A DNA stretch of 64,000 nt from Candidatus Dormiibacterota bacterium (GTDB lineage: Bacteria; Chloroflexota; Dormibacteria; Aeolococcales; Aeolococcaceae): NCBI GenBank assembly GCA_963709585.1, contig CAVPXI010000013.1:1-64000 (forward strand), given 5' to 3'. Below are positions 42,366-53,998 of this stretch, piece after piece. The position numbers and the translations under genes are program-made. The notes under the pieces were generated by a model. That model did not search any database. It saw nothing but the letters and a program-made list of their open reading frames with translations, and was not told the DNA's origin. How positions within the stretch are numbered: position 1 is the first letter of the stretch; each line of letters starts with the position of its first letter.

Positions 42366-45068
42366 GCGACGCGAATCCACACGGATACCCATCGGCCTGG
42401 GCGATCGACGCGGTCCTCGCCGATGGTGGCACCGTGCACATACGACCCATCCGGCCGGATGACGCAACCGCGCATCGTGCATTCTTCGCACGCCAATCCG
42501 AGCAGAGCGTGTACTTCCGCTTCTTCGGTCCGCGGTCGGACCTGACCGATCGCGAAGTCACCCGTTTCACGACCGTCGATTACCACGACCGCATGGCCTT
42601 CGTCGCGTTCCTGCGCGAGGAGATGATCGCCGTCGGTCGCTACGATCGACTCGCCCACGGTGACGAGGCCGAGGTCGCCTTCGCGGTCGCCGACGCCCAC
42701 CAGGGCCGCGGGCTGGCCACGTTGCTGCTCGAGTATCTCGCGACCTACGCGGCGACCCAGGGCATCACCCGCTTCAGCGCCGACACGCTCATCGACAACC
42801 GGCGGATGCTCGAAGTCTTCCAGACCGCGGGGTTCCGGCGCGAGCGCCGATCCATCGAGTACGGCGTCGTCCACCTCGCCTTCGACATCGAGCCGACCGG
42901 CGAGTCACTGGCGGCGAGTGAGCATCGCGCCTGGACAGCCGGGGTCGCCAGCATCACCAGGATCCTCCAGCCGCAATCGGTCGCGGTCATCGGCGCGGGA
43001 CGCAACCCGCAGGGCATCGGACATGCGGTCGTCCGCAACCTCATCGACGCGGGCTTCCACGGACGGGTATACCCTGTCAACCCGAAGTCCGCCGAGCTGC
43101 TCGGCCTCGCATGCTCGCCGAGCGTCGAGGCGATCGACGGTCCGGTCGACCTCGCTGTCCTCGCCATCCCGGCTGCCCAGTGCATCGAAGCAGTTGACGC
43201 CTGCGGACGCAAGGGTGTGAAGGGGCTCGTGGTGATTACCTCCGGATTCGCGGAAGTCGGCGCCGACGGCATCGAATTGCAGCGCGAACTGCTGCTGCGA
43301 GCCCACCGCGGCGGTATGCGGGTGGTGGGCCCGAACTGCTTCGGGGTGATCAACACCGCGCCCGATGTGCGCCTCAATGCCACCTTCGCTTCGCGCGCGC
43401 CGGCTCACGGCGGAATCGCCTTCGCATCACAGTCCGGGGCGCTCGGCATCGCCGTCCTGGAGCAGTCGCTCAGCTCGGGGCTTGGGCTATCGAGCTTCGT
43501 CAGCATGGGCAACAAATCCGATGTCAGCAGCAATGATCTGCTCAGGTACTGGCAGCAGGATGGGCAGACCCGGGCGATCCTGCTCTATCTCGAGTCATTC
43601 GGCAATCCGCGGGCGTTCGCTCGAGTTGCCCCGGTCGTGTCGCGCACCACACCGATTGTGGTCGTGAAATCGGGTCGCAGCTCGGCAGGCACTCGTGCGG
43701 CCGCTTCGCACACGGCTGCGCTGGCGAGCCCCGACACCGTCGTCGACGCTCTGTTCCGCCAGGCAGGTGTGATTCGCGTCGACACCCTCGAGGAGCTGCT
43801 CGATTGCGGCCAGCTGCTGGCGAATCAGCCCGCGCTGGAGGGCCACCGCCTGGCCGTCGTCGGCAACGCCGGAGGAGCGGCGGTGCTCGCGGCCGACGCC
43901 TGCGAGGCTGCTGATCTGAGCGTTCCCGAATTCGATGCGGCAACCCAGGCGGCGCTTCGTGCCCTCGGCGGGCCGAATGCGGGTGTGAGCAACCCGGTCG
44001 ATCTCGGCGCGGGCGCGACCCCGGAGCTCTTTGAGGAGGCGCTGCGAATTGTCCTGGCATCGCCGTCGATCGACGGCGCCGTGGTGATTCTCGCCCCGGT
44101 TGCAACCGCCGATCCAGAGCAGGTCGCCCGTGCCGTCGTCGGAATCGATGCCGGGACGCGGCCGATCGTGTTCGTGCACCTCGGCGACAGTGCATCGCCC
44201 GGCGGCGCTCAGCCAGGGACCTCGAAAGGTACCGTCGTACGCGTTTCCGGAGCGTGCGGTTCGAGCGTTGGGACGCATCGCCGAGCATTCGAGCTGGAAG
44301 ACTCGACCTGTCGGTCACGCCCCACACCTGGCGGACGTCGACACCGATGCGGCGCGGACGATCGTCAAGACGTACCTCGCCGCGAACAGTGACGGTGGAT
44401 GGTTGTCACCGGACGAGGCGGTGGCGATAGTTGGAGCCTTCGGCATCGCGACACCCGGTGAGACCGCGGTCTCCTCGGCAGCCGAGGCGGCAGGTGCAGC
44501 ATCGCACCTCGGCTTCCCGGTGGCCCTGAAGGCCATGGGACCAACGATCCTGCACAAATCGGACGTCGGCGGCGTGCACCTCGACCTCAGCACTGCTGAC
44601 GATGTCGCGATGGCGTTCGCAGCGATGGCTCTCCACCTCGGCGACGCCATGGAGGGAGCGATCGTGCAGCAGATGCTGCGCGGCGTGGAGCTCATCGCCG
44701 GGGTGATCACCGATCCGCTCTTCGGCCCGGTGGTGATGTTCGGGAGCGGCGGGATCGCCGTCGAGCTCTTTGGCGACCGCGTGCTCCGCATCCTGCCGAT
44801 GACGGATCAGGACGCGCACGAGATGGTGCGGTCGATTCGCGGCGCGCCCCTGCTCTTCGGTCACCGCGGCACTCAGCCATGCGACGTGACCGCTGTGGAG
44901 GACGTGCTCTTGCGAGTCGCCCGCCTTGCTGAGGAGGTGCCCCAGCTCGCCGAGATGGACCTCAACCCGGTGATCGCATCCCCGGACGGCGCCGTGGCCG
45001 TCGACGTGCGAATCCGCCTGATGCCCTGGCGCCGCCACGCCGAGAGCGAGGTCCGGCGCCTGCGCTGA
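42362..45068 (+). CDS. GNAT plus NDP-forming acyl-CoA synthetase-like protein (Pat type; frameshift ~44198)
   Basis: GNAT HQGRGLAT; CoA-binding VYPVNP, GPNCFG, SQSG, AASHTAAL; ATP-grasp HKSDVGGV, EMDLNP. Confidence 0.88.
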
Positions 45069-45078
45069 TCTCACGCAA

Positions 45079-45116
45079 GGGTCGGACGGCACTGTGCGCC
45101 GAGGGACCGATGGCCC
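45079..45116. promoter_or_regulatory. Tandem DevR-box-like pair
   Basis: GGGTCGGACGGCAC (45079), GGGACCGATGGCCC (45103). Confidence 0.65.
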
Positions 45117-45236
45117 CCGCCGAATGGGACTCCAACCCGGAATCTCATGGCGCGTGGCTCTGTCGTCAATACGCTCCTGGGGTCGAGCATGTGCATACCG
45201 GGTCAGATGGAACTCGAGAACAACAACAAAAGGGAT

Positions 45237-45836
45237 ATGGCCATGACAAACGGACTTCGTTGGCGGATCTTCGTCCTCCAGGTCGGACTGATCGGCATCC
45301 TCGCCTTCGTGAGCGGGTTCGCTTTCTGGGCGAGCAACTTCGCGACGTCGACCGTGCACGATCAGCTCGCCGCGCAGCAGATCTACTTCCCGGCTGCCGG
45401 CTCGACGGCTATCACCTCACTGCCGAAGGCGGATGCCGCGGCCATGACGCCGTACGCGGGCCAGGAGTTGCTCACCGGCCAGCAGGCTCAGGTCTACGCC
45501 AACAACTTCATCAACATCCATCTCGGCGAGATCGCTAACGGCAAGACCTACTCCCAGTTGAGCACAGAGGCCCAGGCCGCTCCCAACGACACCAAGCTCG
45601 CCGGCCAGGTGGCGACCATCTTCAAGGGCACGACGCTCCGCAGCATGTTGCTCAATGCCTATGGATGGTCTGAGATTGGCGTGTTCGCCGGCTACGCGGC
45701 CATCGGACTTGCCATAGCAGCGGTCGTCGTCCTTGGGGCCTTCCTCTTCGAGATCGTCCGCTGGCGCGAGACGGCCAATGCGGGACGGACCGCCCGCCCA
45801 GCAGCACAGCCGACGCCACTTCGGCAGCACGCGTAA
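45237..45836 (+). CDS. Two-TM membrane protein with extracytoplasmic domain
   Basis: TM, VHDQLAAQQIYFP...QAQVYANNFI.IHL...GKTYSQL...FKGTTLRSMLLNAYGW, TM. Confidence 0.78.
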   Translation: MAMTNGLRWRIFVLQVGLIGILAFVSGFAFWASNFATSTVHDQLAAQQIYFPAAGSTAITSLPKADAAAMTPYAGQELLTGQQAQVYANNFINIHLGEIANGKTYSQLSTEAQAAPNDTKLAGQVATIFKGTTLRSMLLNAYGWSEIGVFAGYAAIGLAIAAVVVLGAFLFEIVRWRETANAGRTARPAAQPTPLRQHA

Positions 45837-46093
45837 GGGACGCCCCCCGGCACGGTCCCTTGTGACCCACCGGCCTCCAGGCCGGTGGGTCTTCGTTATA
45901 TGGGTCGTCTCCTTGAGGGCCCAGCGCATCGCTCATTCGGTGCGCAGGGTTACCGCCTTGCGCAGCACAGCTGAGAAGGCGAGCGTGGACCGCCGTGTGG
46001 TGCTGCGACGCTTTCGGCAGGAGCGCTCGCACCATCGGCACCTCGTCTACGCCGTCGATACGCTGAGAATGAGGGGCTGGCACCGTCACGATG

Positions 46094-46669
46094 TCAGCGC
46101 AGATACGCCTCGATGACCGGAGCGACGCGTGACACCAGCTCCTCATTGCTCGCCGATGCCACCGCGTCAGCTTTCACCACGTGGCGGAGCATCGCGATAC
46201 CGATCAGCTGTGCAACCACCAGCGACGCCCGGAGTTGCCTGTCGGGATGGTCGATGAGCGGGCTCAGGGATGAAAGCATCGCCTGGCCCAGGAACTCCCT
46301 CAGCATCGTCGCCGCTCGCTCGCTGGATACCGCCGAGCGCACGAGCCCGAGCATCACGTCTCGGGTCTGCTCCTGATCCAACACGAGCAGGTATCGACGG
46401 ACGATCAGCTTGGCTGCCTCGGAAATGCTCACGCTGGCCAGCCCGTCGAACATCGACATCGAACTCATCGTGACCTCGAGTGCAGCGAGAAACAGCGCCT
46501 CCTTCGTACCGAAGTAATGGACGACGAGAGCGGGGTCGACATCAGCCTGTTTGGCGATGCTCCGCAGGGAGGTGGCGTCGTACCCACGGGCGCCGAACGA
46601 ACGCCGTGCGACCAGCAGGATGTCGTCTCGCGTCTGCGGCCACCCGGGACGGCGGCCCGAGCGGCTCAA
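46094..46669 (-). CDS. TetR family regulator
   Basis: GRRPG...TSLRSIAKQADVDPALVVHYFGTKEALF. Confidence 0.92.
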   Translation of the reverse strand: MSRSGRRPGWPQTRDDILLVARRSFGARGYDATSLRSIAKQADVDPALVVHYFGTKEALFLAALEVTMSSMSMFDGLASVSISEAAKLIVRRYLLVLDQEQTRDVMLGLVRSAVSSERAATMLREFLGQAMLSSLSPLIDHPDRQLRASLVVAQLIGIAMLRHVVKADAVASASNEELVSRVAPVIEAYLR

Positions 46670-47530
46670 CGGCCTGCTCCCGCTGAGACTATGCTGACGA
46701 ACGCCTCCTCGAGGTTCGCGGGCACCGTCGCCACGTCGCCTCGGAGGTGGTGCCGCGCGAGCGCCTCAACGACGTGCTGGGGCGATGCGGGCACTCGGAG
46801 GACGTCGCCTTGCACCTGAACGATGAGCCCCTCCGCGTCGAGCGCCGAGAACGCCTTCTGCCAGCTGTCGCACCGTGCCTCAACCACATGACGGTCACCA
46901 ATCACCTCGGCCACCGTGCCCTCGGCGACGACGCGTCCGCCGGCCATGACGACGAGCCGGTCGCATTGCTCGGCCTCCTCCATGTTGTGGGTCGTCACCA
47001 GGACGCCGGTACCGTGTTCGGCGCTGTCCCGGATGTCCTGCCACAGCCGAGCCCGGCTGAGCGGCCCAACCCCGGAGGTGGGCTCGTCGAGCACGAGCAG
47101 TTCAGGCTGGTGAGAGAACGCCACGGCAAAGGCGACCCGCCGCTGCAAACCCAGTGGGAGCGCCCCGACGAGTTGATCCCTCGCGTCACGGATGCTCGGC
47201 GCCAGCGCGAGACGAGTCGAATGAAAGGCGGACGCTGTGAACGTCCAATTCTCCTCGACCGTCAGGTCGTCGTAGAGGCCGAGCGTTTGCGGCACGTAGC
47301 CGATCCGGCGCCGCGTCGCCATCGACGGCGGTGCACCGAAGAGCGAGACCTCGCCCTGCGACGGCCGCACGAGCCCGAGCAGGAGTCGTATCAACGTGGT
47401 CTTGCCGGCACCGTTCGCACCGACGAGCCCGACGACCTCGCCGCCGCCGACGCTGGAACTCGCTGAAGTCCACGGCGGTGAAGTCACCGAAGCGCATGGT
47501 CACGTCACGGGTTTCAGCGAACGCAACCAT
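46666..47530 (-). CDS. ABC transporter ATP-binding protein (frameshift at 47465-47470)
   Basis: MRFGDFTAVD, GANGAGKT, LLVLDEPTSGV, TTH. Confidence 0.9.
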
Positions 47531-47534
47531 CGAT

Positions 47535-48354
47535 CTAACTCTTCTGCTCGTCCGATAGAGCGGCGATGACTACGGCATCCTCGAAGTCGGGCTGCAAGGA
47601 TCCGCCCCGGGTGGGAGCTCCAGCGACGGAGCCCAGAACTCGCCAGGTTTTGCCCCAACGCCAGGAGAGCCCCTGCGGCTGTTCCGTCGAACTCAACGAC
47701 GCCCAACTTGCCGGGAACCGCGGCAATGATGTCGGACGGCGACCCGATCGCGATGGACCGTCCCTGTTCCAACAGGACAACAGTTGACGCGCGATGGGCC
47801 TCGTCGACATAGGTGGTCGCGACGACGACGGCGCTGCCTTCTGCTGCGGCTCCGGAGATGAGCCGCCACAGCTCTGCGCGGCTCACTGGATCGACTCCGG
47901 TGGTCGGCTCATCGAGCACGAGCATGGCTGGGCGATGCAGGAGCGCCATCCCGACCGCGAGCTTCCGCTGCATGCCACCCGAAAGCTGCCCGCCGAGGCG
48001 GGTCCGAGCGTCCGCCAGGCCGATTCTTTCGAGCAATTCGGTCGATCGCCTTGCCAACTCGGGTCCGCGCACGCCGTACGCACCGGCGGAAAACGCCACG
48101 TTCTCGTCGACAGTGAGGTCGACATAAAGTCCAGCCGTGGCGGGGATGTAGCCGATCTCCTTCTTCGCAGGTCGCCGAGCGACGCCGTCGCTCAGACGGA
48201 CAAGTCCAACCAGCGCTCGCAGGAGCGTGGACTTACCCGCGCCATCTCCACCGACGACGATGCTCACTGTCGAAGGCTCGACCGGCAGGGTCAGGTGGTC
48301 GAGAGCGGTTCGCGACCCGAACACAACGCTCGCGTCCTCGAGCCCCCAGGTCAT
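47535..48354 (-). CDS. ABC transporter ATP-binding protein (frameshifts in C-terminal part)
   Basis: GGDGAGKST, LSGGM, LDEPTTGVDP; C-terminal QPDFEDAVV in another frame. Confidence 0.88.
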
Positions 48355-49436
48355 GCGGCCACCGCCTTCGAATCTGCCTCCGTCGTGCGTCCTCGCCCGG
48401 CGCTCGGCGCAAGGTCGCGTCGGAACCGAAGCACGGCCAACCCGAGAACGACGACCGCCATTCCTGCAAGAACGAGCAGGGGCCCCCACAGAGCGGTCAG
48501 TGGCGCGGCTTTCAGCATCACCCCGCGACTGATGTCGATGAAGTACTTGAGCGGGAGGACGTAGGCGATCCACTGAACTCCGCTCGCCATCGACGAGACG
48601 GGGAATATCAGCCCTGACAAGAGGATCTGGGGAACGACGAACATGATGGCGAGCTGGATCGCCTGGCCCTGATTCTGCGACACAGTTGAGACCAGGACAC
48701 CCATGCCCAGGGTCACGAGCAGCAACAGGAGGGCGCCGAGCGCGAAGGTGGCGACGTTGCCGACGAACGGCACTCCGAAGAGCAGCATGCCGATGACCAC
48801 GATCGCAATGAGATCCAGAGCTGCCAGCAGGAGATACGGGACGATCTTTCCGAAGATGACGTCCCAGGGCCTGAATGGCATGACCGCGAGCTGCTCGATG
48901 GTCCCCGTTTGCCGTTCCCGAACGATCCCGAGGCTTGTGATCAGGGTGCCGATGAAGAGCAGGATCAGACCCGTGAGCCCAGGAATCATGATCCAGGAGG
49001 TTGTGAGGTTCGGGTTGTAGAGGATCTGGAGGGCGATGGCGGGTGCCGCCGCGCCATTCGCCTTGGCCGCCTGAGCCATGTGCGCGAACGCACTCTGCGC
49101 GGCTTCCACGGCGAAGAGTTGAGTTCCATCCATCAGCGCCGAGATCTGGGTCGGTCCAGTGACCACCGCGACCACCGCCGTTCCATCCTGGAGGCGACTC
49201 TGAGCCAGAGACCTCCCTCCGTTCGGATCGATCTCCACGACGTCAAACGGCGCACGGAGGTGGGCGGCGACAGCCTCTGCCTGCGGGCCGACCACGACGG
49301 TCGTGACCTTGGAGACGTCGAACCTGGCCGCGTAGCCAAAGACCACGAGCAGCAGGACGGGCAGCACGATCAGCAGCGCGAGGGTTCGCCGGTCTCGCTT
49401 CAGCTGTCGGAACTCCTTGACGATCATCGTCCACAC
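48351..49436 (-). CDS. ABC-2 type exporter permease
   Basis: KEFRQLKRDRRT, IVRERQTGTIEQL, GKIVPY, LLSGLIFP. Confidence 0.92.
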   Translation of the reverse strand: MWTMIVKEFRQLKRDRRTLALLIVLPVLLLVVFGYAARFDVSKVTTVVVGPQAEAVAAHLRAPFDVVEIDPNGGRSLAQSRLQDGTAVVAVVTGPTQISALMDGTQLFAVEAAQSAFAHMAQAAKANGAAAPAIALQILYNPNLTTSWIMIPGLTGLILLFIGTLITSLGIVRERQTGTIEQLAVMPFRPWDVIFGKIVPYLLLAALDLIAIVVIGMLLFGVPFVGNVATFALGALLLLLVTLGMGVLVSTVSQNQGQAIQLAIMFVVPQILLSGLIFPVSSMASGVQWIAYVLPLKYFIDISRGVMLKAAPLTALWGPLLVLAGMAVVVLGLAVLRFRRDLAPSAGRGRTTEADSKAVAA

Positions 49437-49735
49437 GGCTCGCCTCCTAATTCACTGACTGTTGAAGTCTACGCGTGCAGAATTCTGGACTTCAGCCGCC
49501 ACACGGCGAGGTGCCGGTCCACGCCCGACGTCGACGTCACCCCAATCGCGCGCTCACTCCTGGCACTGTCCGAACACCATCGCGATGGATGGATCCGGGT
49601 CGTAGCGGGATCGCCGCTCGGCACGACCAGTTAGGGTCAATCGCCGGTCGATCAGGTGACAAACGACTGTGGTCGCGCGATGGCCCAGCCTGGTTTCCTT
49701 GACCTACGGGTCAGTGATTACCGGAGATTCGAGCG

Positions 49736-50806
49736 ATGCAAGTGCTCAGCCTTGACGAGAGATTGGGGCAACGTTCTGTCCGCCTTCGGAACATCCTGCT
49801 TGCCACCGACGGTACCCCGGCTGCTCACCTGGCGCTGGGTGCCGCGGCGGACCTGGCGAGACGGTCCGGGGCGTCACTTCATCTGGTCACGGCGTACGAA
49901 TTCGCTCCATCTAGCGTGCTGGCGTATGCGCCCTATATCGGGCCGAACAGCGCATGGGATTCGCTCGAAGCTGACGCCCGAAGGTTGCTCGACGACGAGC
50001 GGGATCGCGTGGTGGCGCTCGGCGCGACCGTCGGGAGCCTTCACGTCGCACGCGAACCGGCTTTCAGCGCCGTGATGGACGTGGCCGAGATGGTCGAGGC
50101 CGATCTCGTCGTTCTCGGTAGCCGCGAGCTCAACGGCCTGAAGCGTCTCGTGGTTGGAAGCGTCTCGGAGCATGTCGTGCACCACGTGCATCGCCCCGTG
50201 CTGATCGTGAGGGGGGGTGAAGGTACCTGGCCGCCGGCGCATGTGATCGTCGGCTTCGACAACAGCAGTGGCGCCAGATGCGCGGCGCGGTTCGCCGCCA
50301 CGATCACGCACCTCTACAAGGATCTCCCCATCGAATTGGTTGAAGCCGACGCAGAGCTGTCGGTGGCCGCGGATCGGTTTCTCAGCCCCGACGATAGAGA
50401 ACATGTCGACGCCGAGAGCCTGTTCGAGTACGCCAGGAGCCTGGACACGATCGCCGGCCGCACCGTCGAGACGGCCGTCGTGGTCGGTGATCCGGCCGAC
50501 GCTCTGAATGCGACCGGCAGCCAGCGACCCGACACGAAGCTCATCGTCGTGGGCAGTCGCGATCTCGGTGCAGTGCGACGCTTCTTGCTCGGCAGCGTGT
50601 CGACCAAGCTCCTGCACTCAGGGCACGCAGCGCTGCTGGTTGTGCCGGAGCACGCGACCCAGGGCTGCACCAACGAAAGCGATGACAAGCCAACCAACTC
50701 AATTTGGCAGGACGGCGCGTCCGCTTTGCGACATCTGTCCGCCCTGGGTGCGCGACGCGCTGTCCCTGACAAAGGTGGCGTGGAGCTTCGTATCAGTTCG
50801 ACGTGA
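49736..50806 (+). CDS. Tandem-domain universal stress protein
   Basis: ILLATDG...LVVLGSR...GSVSEHV and second domain IVVGSR...GSVSTKL; DevR-like boxes at 49634 and 49656. Confidence 0.9.
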   Translation: MQVLSLDERLGQRSVRLRNILLATDGTPAAHLALGAAADLARRSGASLHLVTAYEFAPSSVLAYAPYIGPNSAWDSLEADARRLLDDERDRVVALGATVGSLHVAREPAFSAVMDVAEMVEADLVVLGSRELNGLKRLVVGSVSEHVVHHVHRPVLIVRGGEGTWPPAHVIVGFDNSSGARCAARFAATITHLYKDLPIELVEADAELSVAADRFLSPDDREHVDAESLFEYARSLDTIAGRTVETAVVVGDPADALNATGSQRPDTKLIVVGSRDLGAVRRFLLGSVSTKLLHSGHAALLVVPEHATQGCTNESDDKPTNSIWQDGASALRHLSALGARRAVPDKGGVELRISST

Positions 50807-50868
50807 CCCTGAAGTGCGCCCGAGCCTCGCACCTTCCCCAATCCGCAAGCTCTTTGCGGACCTGAGCA

Positions 50869-52044
50869 CTAGCAGCTGTTGATGCAGGTTTGTGCTGCAT
50901 ACGTTGAATTGATAAGCGTTGCCATACCAGACGTCGCAACTGAGTAGGTCTTGTGATCGCCCAACTCGGTTGCAATCAAGATGCCGTCCGGCGTCCAGAG
51001 CGTCGGGGTCAAGTTGCTGGCACCGGTGACAGTCACGACATAGCCGCTCGCCAGATCCAGCAGGACGAGCCGAGTACCCGATGCAGTGGGGCACAAGATG
51101 GAGACCGCTGCGAAGCTGGCATCCGCTGATAGCTGCACCCCTCCATTGATGCATCGCCGTGAGGTCAACCCCGAAATGCTGTAGTTGGTCTGCGTGCCGT
51201 CGGGTGCGATGACTCGAATCGCTGCTGACGAACCACCAAGTGAACAGACGATAGTCCCGTCGTCGACGATGTCTTCGAAATTGCAGTCGCTTCCGATGCG
51301 ACCTGCGAGACCAGTGGCCGCGCCCGTCGCAGGATCGATGAGGATCGCCGGTGAGATCGCCAACGTCGAGGGTTCGGCAGGACCGCCGCACGCGTTGTCG
51401 CCCTGCGCCACGATGCCGGCAGCCGTCCACGCCACAAGACTGACCTGCGTGACTCCCGCGCCGAACGACGCACTCACGATCTTCCTCGCTCCGTTGCCAT
51501 CGTCTGTGTACACGTCGAATACCGCTCGCGTTGACGATCCGCAGGCCGGCGCATCGGTCTGCACCGCCCAGGCCCATGCCTGACCATCATCGCGTCCGAT
51601 CACCGACGGAGAACCGACAACGTTCTTCTCGAGTGTTGTGAGGGTGCCATCCGACGATATCGCGACGATTGAAACCGGTCCGCCCGGCCCGCCGACCTGC
51701 TGGCCGTCAGTTCCAATCATTCGAGCGCCAAATGTGCCGGAGATCGCCAATGTCGGATAACCGCCGACGATGGGCCCCGATGGAATTGGACCAGTCGTCT
51801 GTCCGCTCGCCAGCATCAACACACCCGGGTCGGGGTCGTGGTCGGTGAATGCGACGAGGAGCGGCTCGAACGATGGACGTGTCGGTGTGGGAGACGCTGT
51901 CCCCCCGCCGGAACCGCTTGTCGGTGCCGTGGACGGCGTCGGTGCCGTCGATGGCGTCGGTGACCTTGATGGGGTCGTCGCCGCGCCGCAGGCTGCCAGG
52001 GCAGCTGCGCTGGCGATCAAAAGCGCGGCACGTTGGATCCGCAT
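50869..52044 (-). CDS. Secreted lipoprotein, Pro/Thr/Ser linker plus beta-rich domain
   Basis: Lipobox LAAC; PTPST repeats; DevR-like box at 52201. Confidence 0.75.
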   Translation of the reverse strand: MRIQRAALLIASAAALAACGAATTPSRSPTPSTAPTPSTAPTSGSGGGTASPTPTRPSFEPLLVAFTDHDPDPGVLMLASGQTTGPIPSGPIVGGYPTLAISGTFGARMIGTDGQQVGGPGGPVSIVAISSDGTLTTLEKNVVGSPSVIGRDDGQAWAWAVQTDAPACGSSTRAVFDVYTDDGNGARKIVSASFGAGVTQVSLVAWTAAGIVAQGDNACGGPAEPSTLAISPAILIDPATGAATGLAGRIGSDCNFEDIVDDGTIVCSLGGSSAAIRVIAPDGTQTNYSISGLTSRRCINGGVQLSADASFAAVSILCPTASGTRLVLLDLASGYVVTVTGASNLTPTLWTPDGILIATELGDHKTYSVATSGMATLINSTYAAQTCINSC

Positions 52045-52535
52045 CGCCCAAACTCCTCTTAACTAGATGTGAAACCGCTGCATCTTCGTTTGGGTTATGC
52101 GTCGAAGCCTTCGCCGGCCTGGCATGGCAATCGCGGACATCTCGCGCCTCCCTTGTGCTCCTAGTTCTGCCGGTCTATCGCAGCGAAGGGCGTCGCGATA
52201 GGGCCGATGGTCACAACATTCGACCCGTCTTTAGGGCGAAGGATCGCCTCCCACTCCTGGTCAGCGCCAAACCGAAAGCTATTTCAGGATCGGTGCACTA
52301 GTAGGCTCGGGAAGCTACGGAGCCGCGTCCTTAGACGTCGGCTATCGCGTCGGAATCCGCTCGTGACCGTCGCGTCGCCATCCCGGACCTTCGGCTCGCA
52401 GTCCACACAGAGCGCGGATAGGAACCCGTCATCTCCGCCGAGCCGACACGAGGGCTGGAGCGGCACCACCCGCCGCGCAGCGCGGCCAGTCGGGTCCGGC
52501 GCCGCGGTGGGGAGACATGAACGGCGGTCATCGGT

Positions 52536-52772
52536 CTACGGCCGTTGACGGCCCTCCACCATCGCCCGAATAATGCCCACGACGTTGCCAAGCTCCCAGA
52601 GAGCAAGGGCACCCCAGGCCGCGCGACGCGACATCCGCTCGGCCTTGACGGCGCGTGCTATGAAGACGCCTGCCGCCGAGGAAGCCGCCGCGACCCACGC
52701 CCCCGCAAGGCGAAGGTGATGCGCGATGAAGGTCGCTGCGGCGAGCCACCGTGATGTCATTGGAGCATCCAT
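52536..52772 (-). CDS. Small hydrophobic hypothetical protein
   Basis: AGGAGGT RBS before ATG at 52772; no family recognised. Confidence 0.45.
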   Translation of the reverse strand: MDAPMTSRWLAAATFIAHHLRLAGAWVAAASSAAGVFIARAVKAERMSRRAAWGALALWELGNVVGIIRAMVEGRQRP

Positions 52773-52968
52773 CGTGTGCACCTCCTGTCGTTGTTGCGCG
52801 GCCTCCCGATTACCCACCGCCGCATCCGGTCGCACCACGGCTAGTCGGACCGCCCCCACGGTGGGGTGAGACGCAAGCTCTCGACATCTTTCGGGCAGAT
52901 CAGGCTGGTGCAAGAACGCCACAGCAAATACGACCCGTCCGTTCGCACCGAGGAGCCGGTCGACAGAG

Positions 52969-53580
52969 CTACCGAATCAGTTCTAGCACGCCGGCTGCGA
53001 CCTCATCGATATGATCGCCGGTCCGATCCGACCAAGTCTGCCTCGGCGTAGGCGCGGTTCGTTGATCCCGTCCAATGGCGCCGATTGCTTCGAAGTGCAT
53101 CGCCAAAGGAATCAACGCAAAGGGACGCCGTGCTTTGTGGCTCAACTCGTGAGCAACACTCCCGAGGAAGAGATCCTCCATCGTGCTGTGTTGCCCATTG
53201 CCGACCACGATGAGGTCTGCGTCCTCGGTGTCGGCGACGTGCAATATCCCTGTTGCTGGATGCCCTTCGACAACGACGATCCGATGCTTGACGTCCTTGC
53301 TGGTCAGGGGCCCAAACAACTCCTTCTTGACATGAGATCGCACATCGTCGCCCAGGTAGTCGAACTCCCGCAGGCGAACGTCCGTCACTGTCGTACCGCC
53401 AGAGGCGCCGATAGGCTTCAGCACATGCACCGCGATGATCTCGGCGCCGCGGGATGCTGCCTCCTGGATTGCCCATTCGAGTGCGGCGTCCGATGCCGCC
53501 GACCCATTCACTCCCACAACGATCTTCTGCGTGCTCACAACGTCCGCCTTGGCATTTGAGGATTGTTCGCTCAGGGTCAT
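52969..53580 (-). CDS. Universal stress protein
   Basis: KIVVGVNGS...ADLIVVG...LGSVAHEL; DevR-like box GAGGCGTTGGTCCC at 53608. Confidence 0.88.
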   Translation of the reverse strand: MTLSEQSSNAKADVVSTQKIVVGVNGSAASDAALEWAIQEAASRGAEIIAVHVLKPIGASGGTTVTDVRLREFDYLGDDVRSHVKKELFGPLTSKDVKHRIVVVEGHPATGILHVADTEDADLIVVGNGQHSTMEDLFLGSVAHELSHKARRPFALIPLAMHFEAIGAIGRDQRTAPTPRQTWSDRTGDHIDEVAAGVLELIR

Positions 53581-53809
53581 CTAATCGCCAGGTCGGAGGC
53601 CTGTCAAGAGGCGTTGGTCCCGACTTATCATCACGCCTGCCGTGTCGCGCCGCGATGGCTGGCCCGCTCCGCACGCCCTCGACCGGCTGCGCCAGCTGCG
53701 GCAATGCAGCGGCATCCTCACCGAGACACCGATTGGGCTCCGCAAACGAGGGCCTTCGTACTCATCCAAGCCTCCGGCGGCCACGCCGTCGCGCGTGCCT
53801 GACCTGCCG

Positions 53810-53991
53810 CTGTCCCGCACATTACGAGCCAGTAATGTCCGAGCGGCAGCGGGGACGATGTCGGCCGGATCCGCCGTCGCAACCGGGGATGACTTCAGCT
53901 CTCCAACGACCTCGGCATCCACGCGCTTGCCGATGAAGTCCGTGGCCGAAATGATGCCGACGAGGGCTCCGTCGATCCCGATCACCGGCAT
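53810..53991 (-). pseudogene. CBS-domain gene fragment
   Basis: MPVIGIDGALVGIISATD...PVATADP...AAARTL. Confidence 0.6.
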
Positions 53992-53998
53992 GGCGACC

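Noticed and set aside
40688-44392. 1234-aa histidine kinase-GNAT-CoA ligase fusion ORF
   Set aside because: One extra T in GAGTTC (42314-42319) bypasses the normal kinase end GSGTTITVTVPL*; two overlapping genes are more likely
45837-46116. Possible small ORF after the membrane protein gene
   Set aside because: No clear start, RBS or recognisable motif
51918-51975. Short tandem DNA repeats
   Set aside because: They encode the PTPST linker of a lipoprotein
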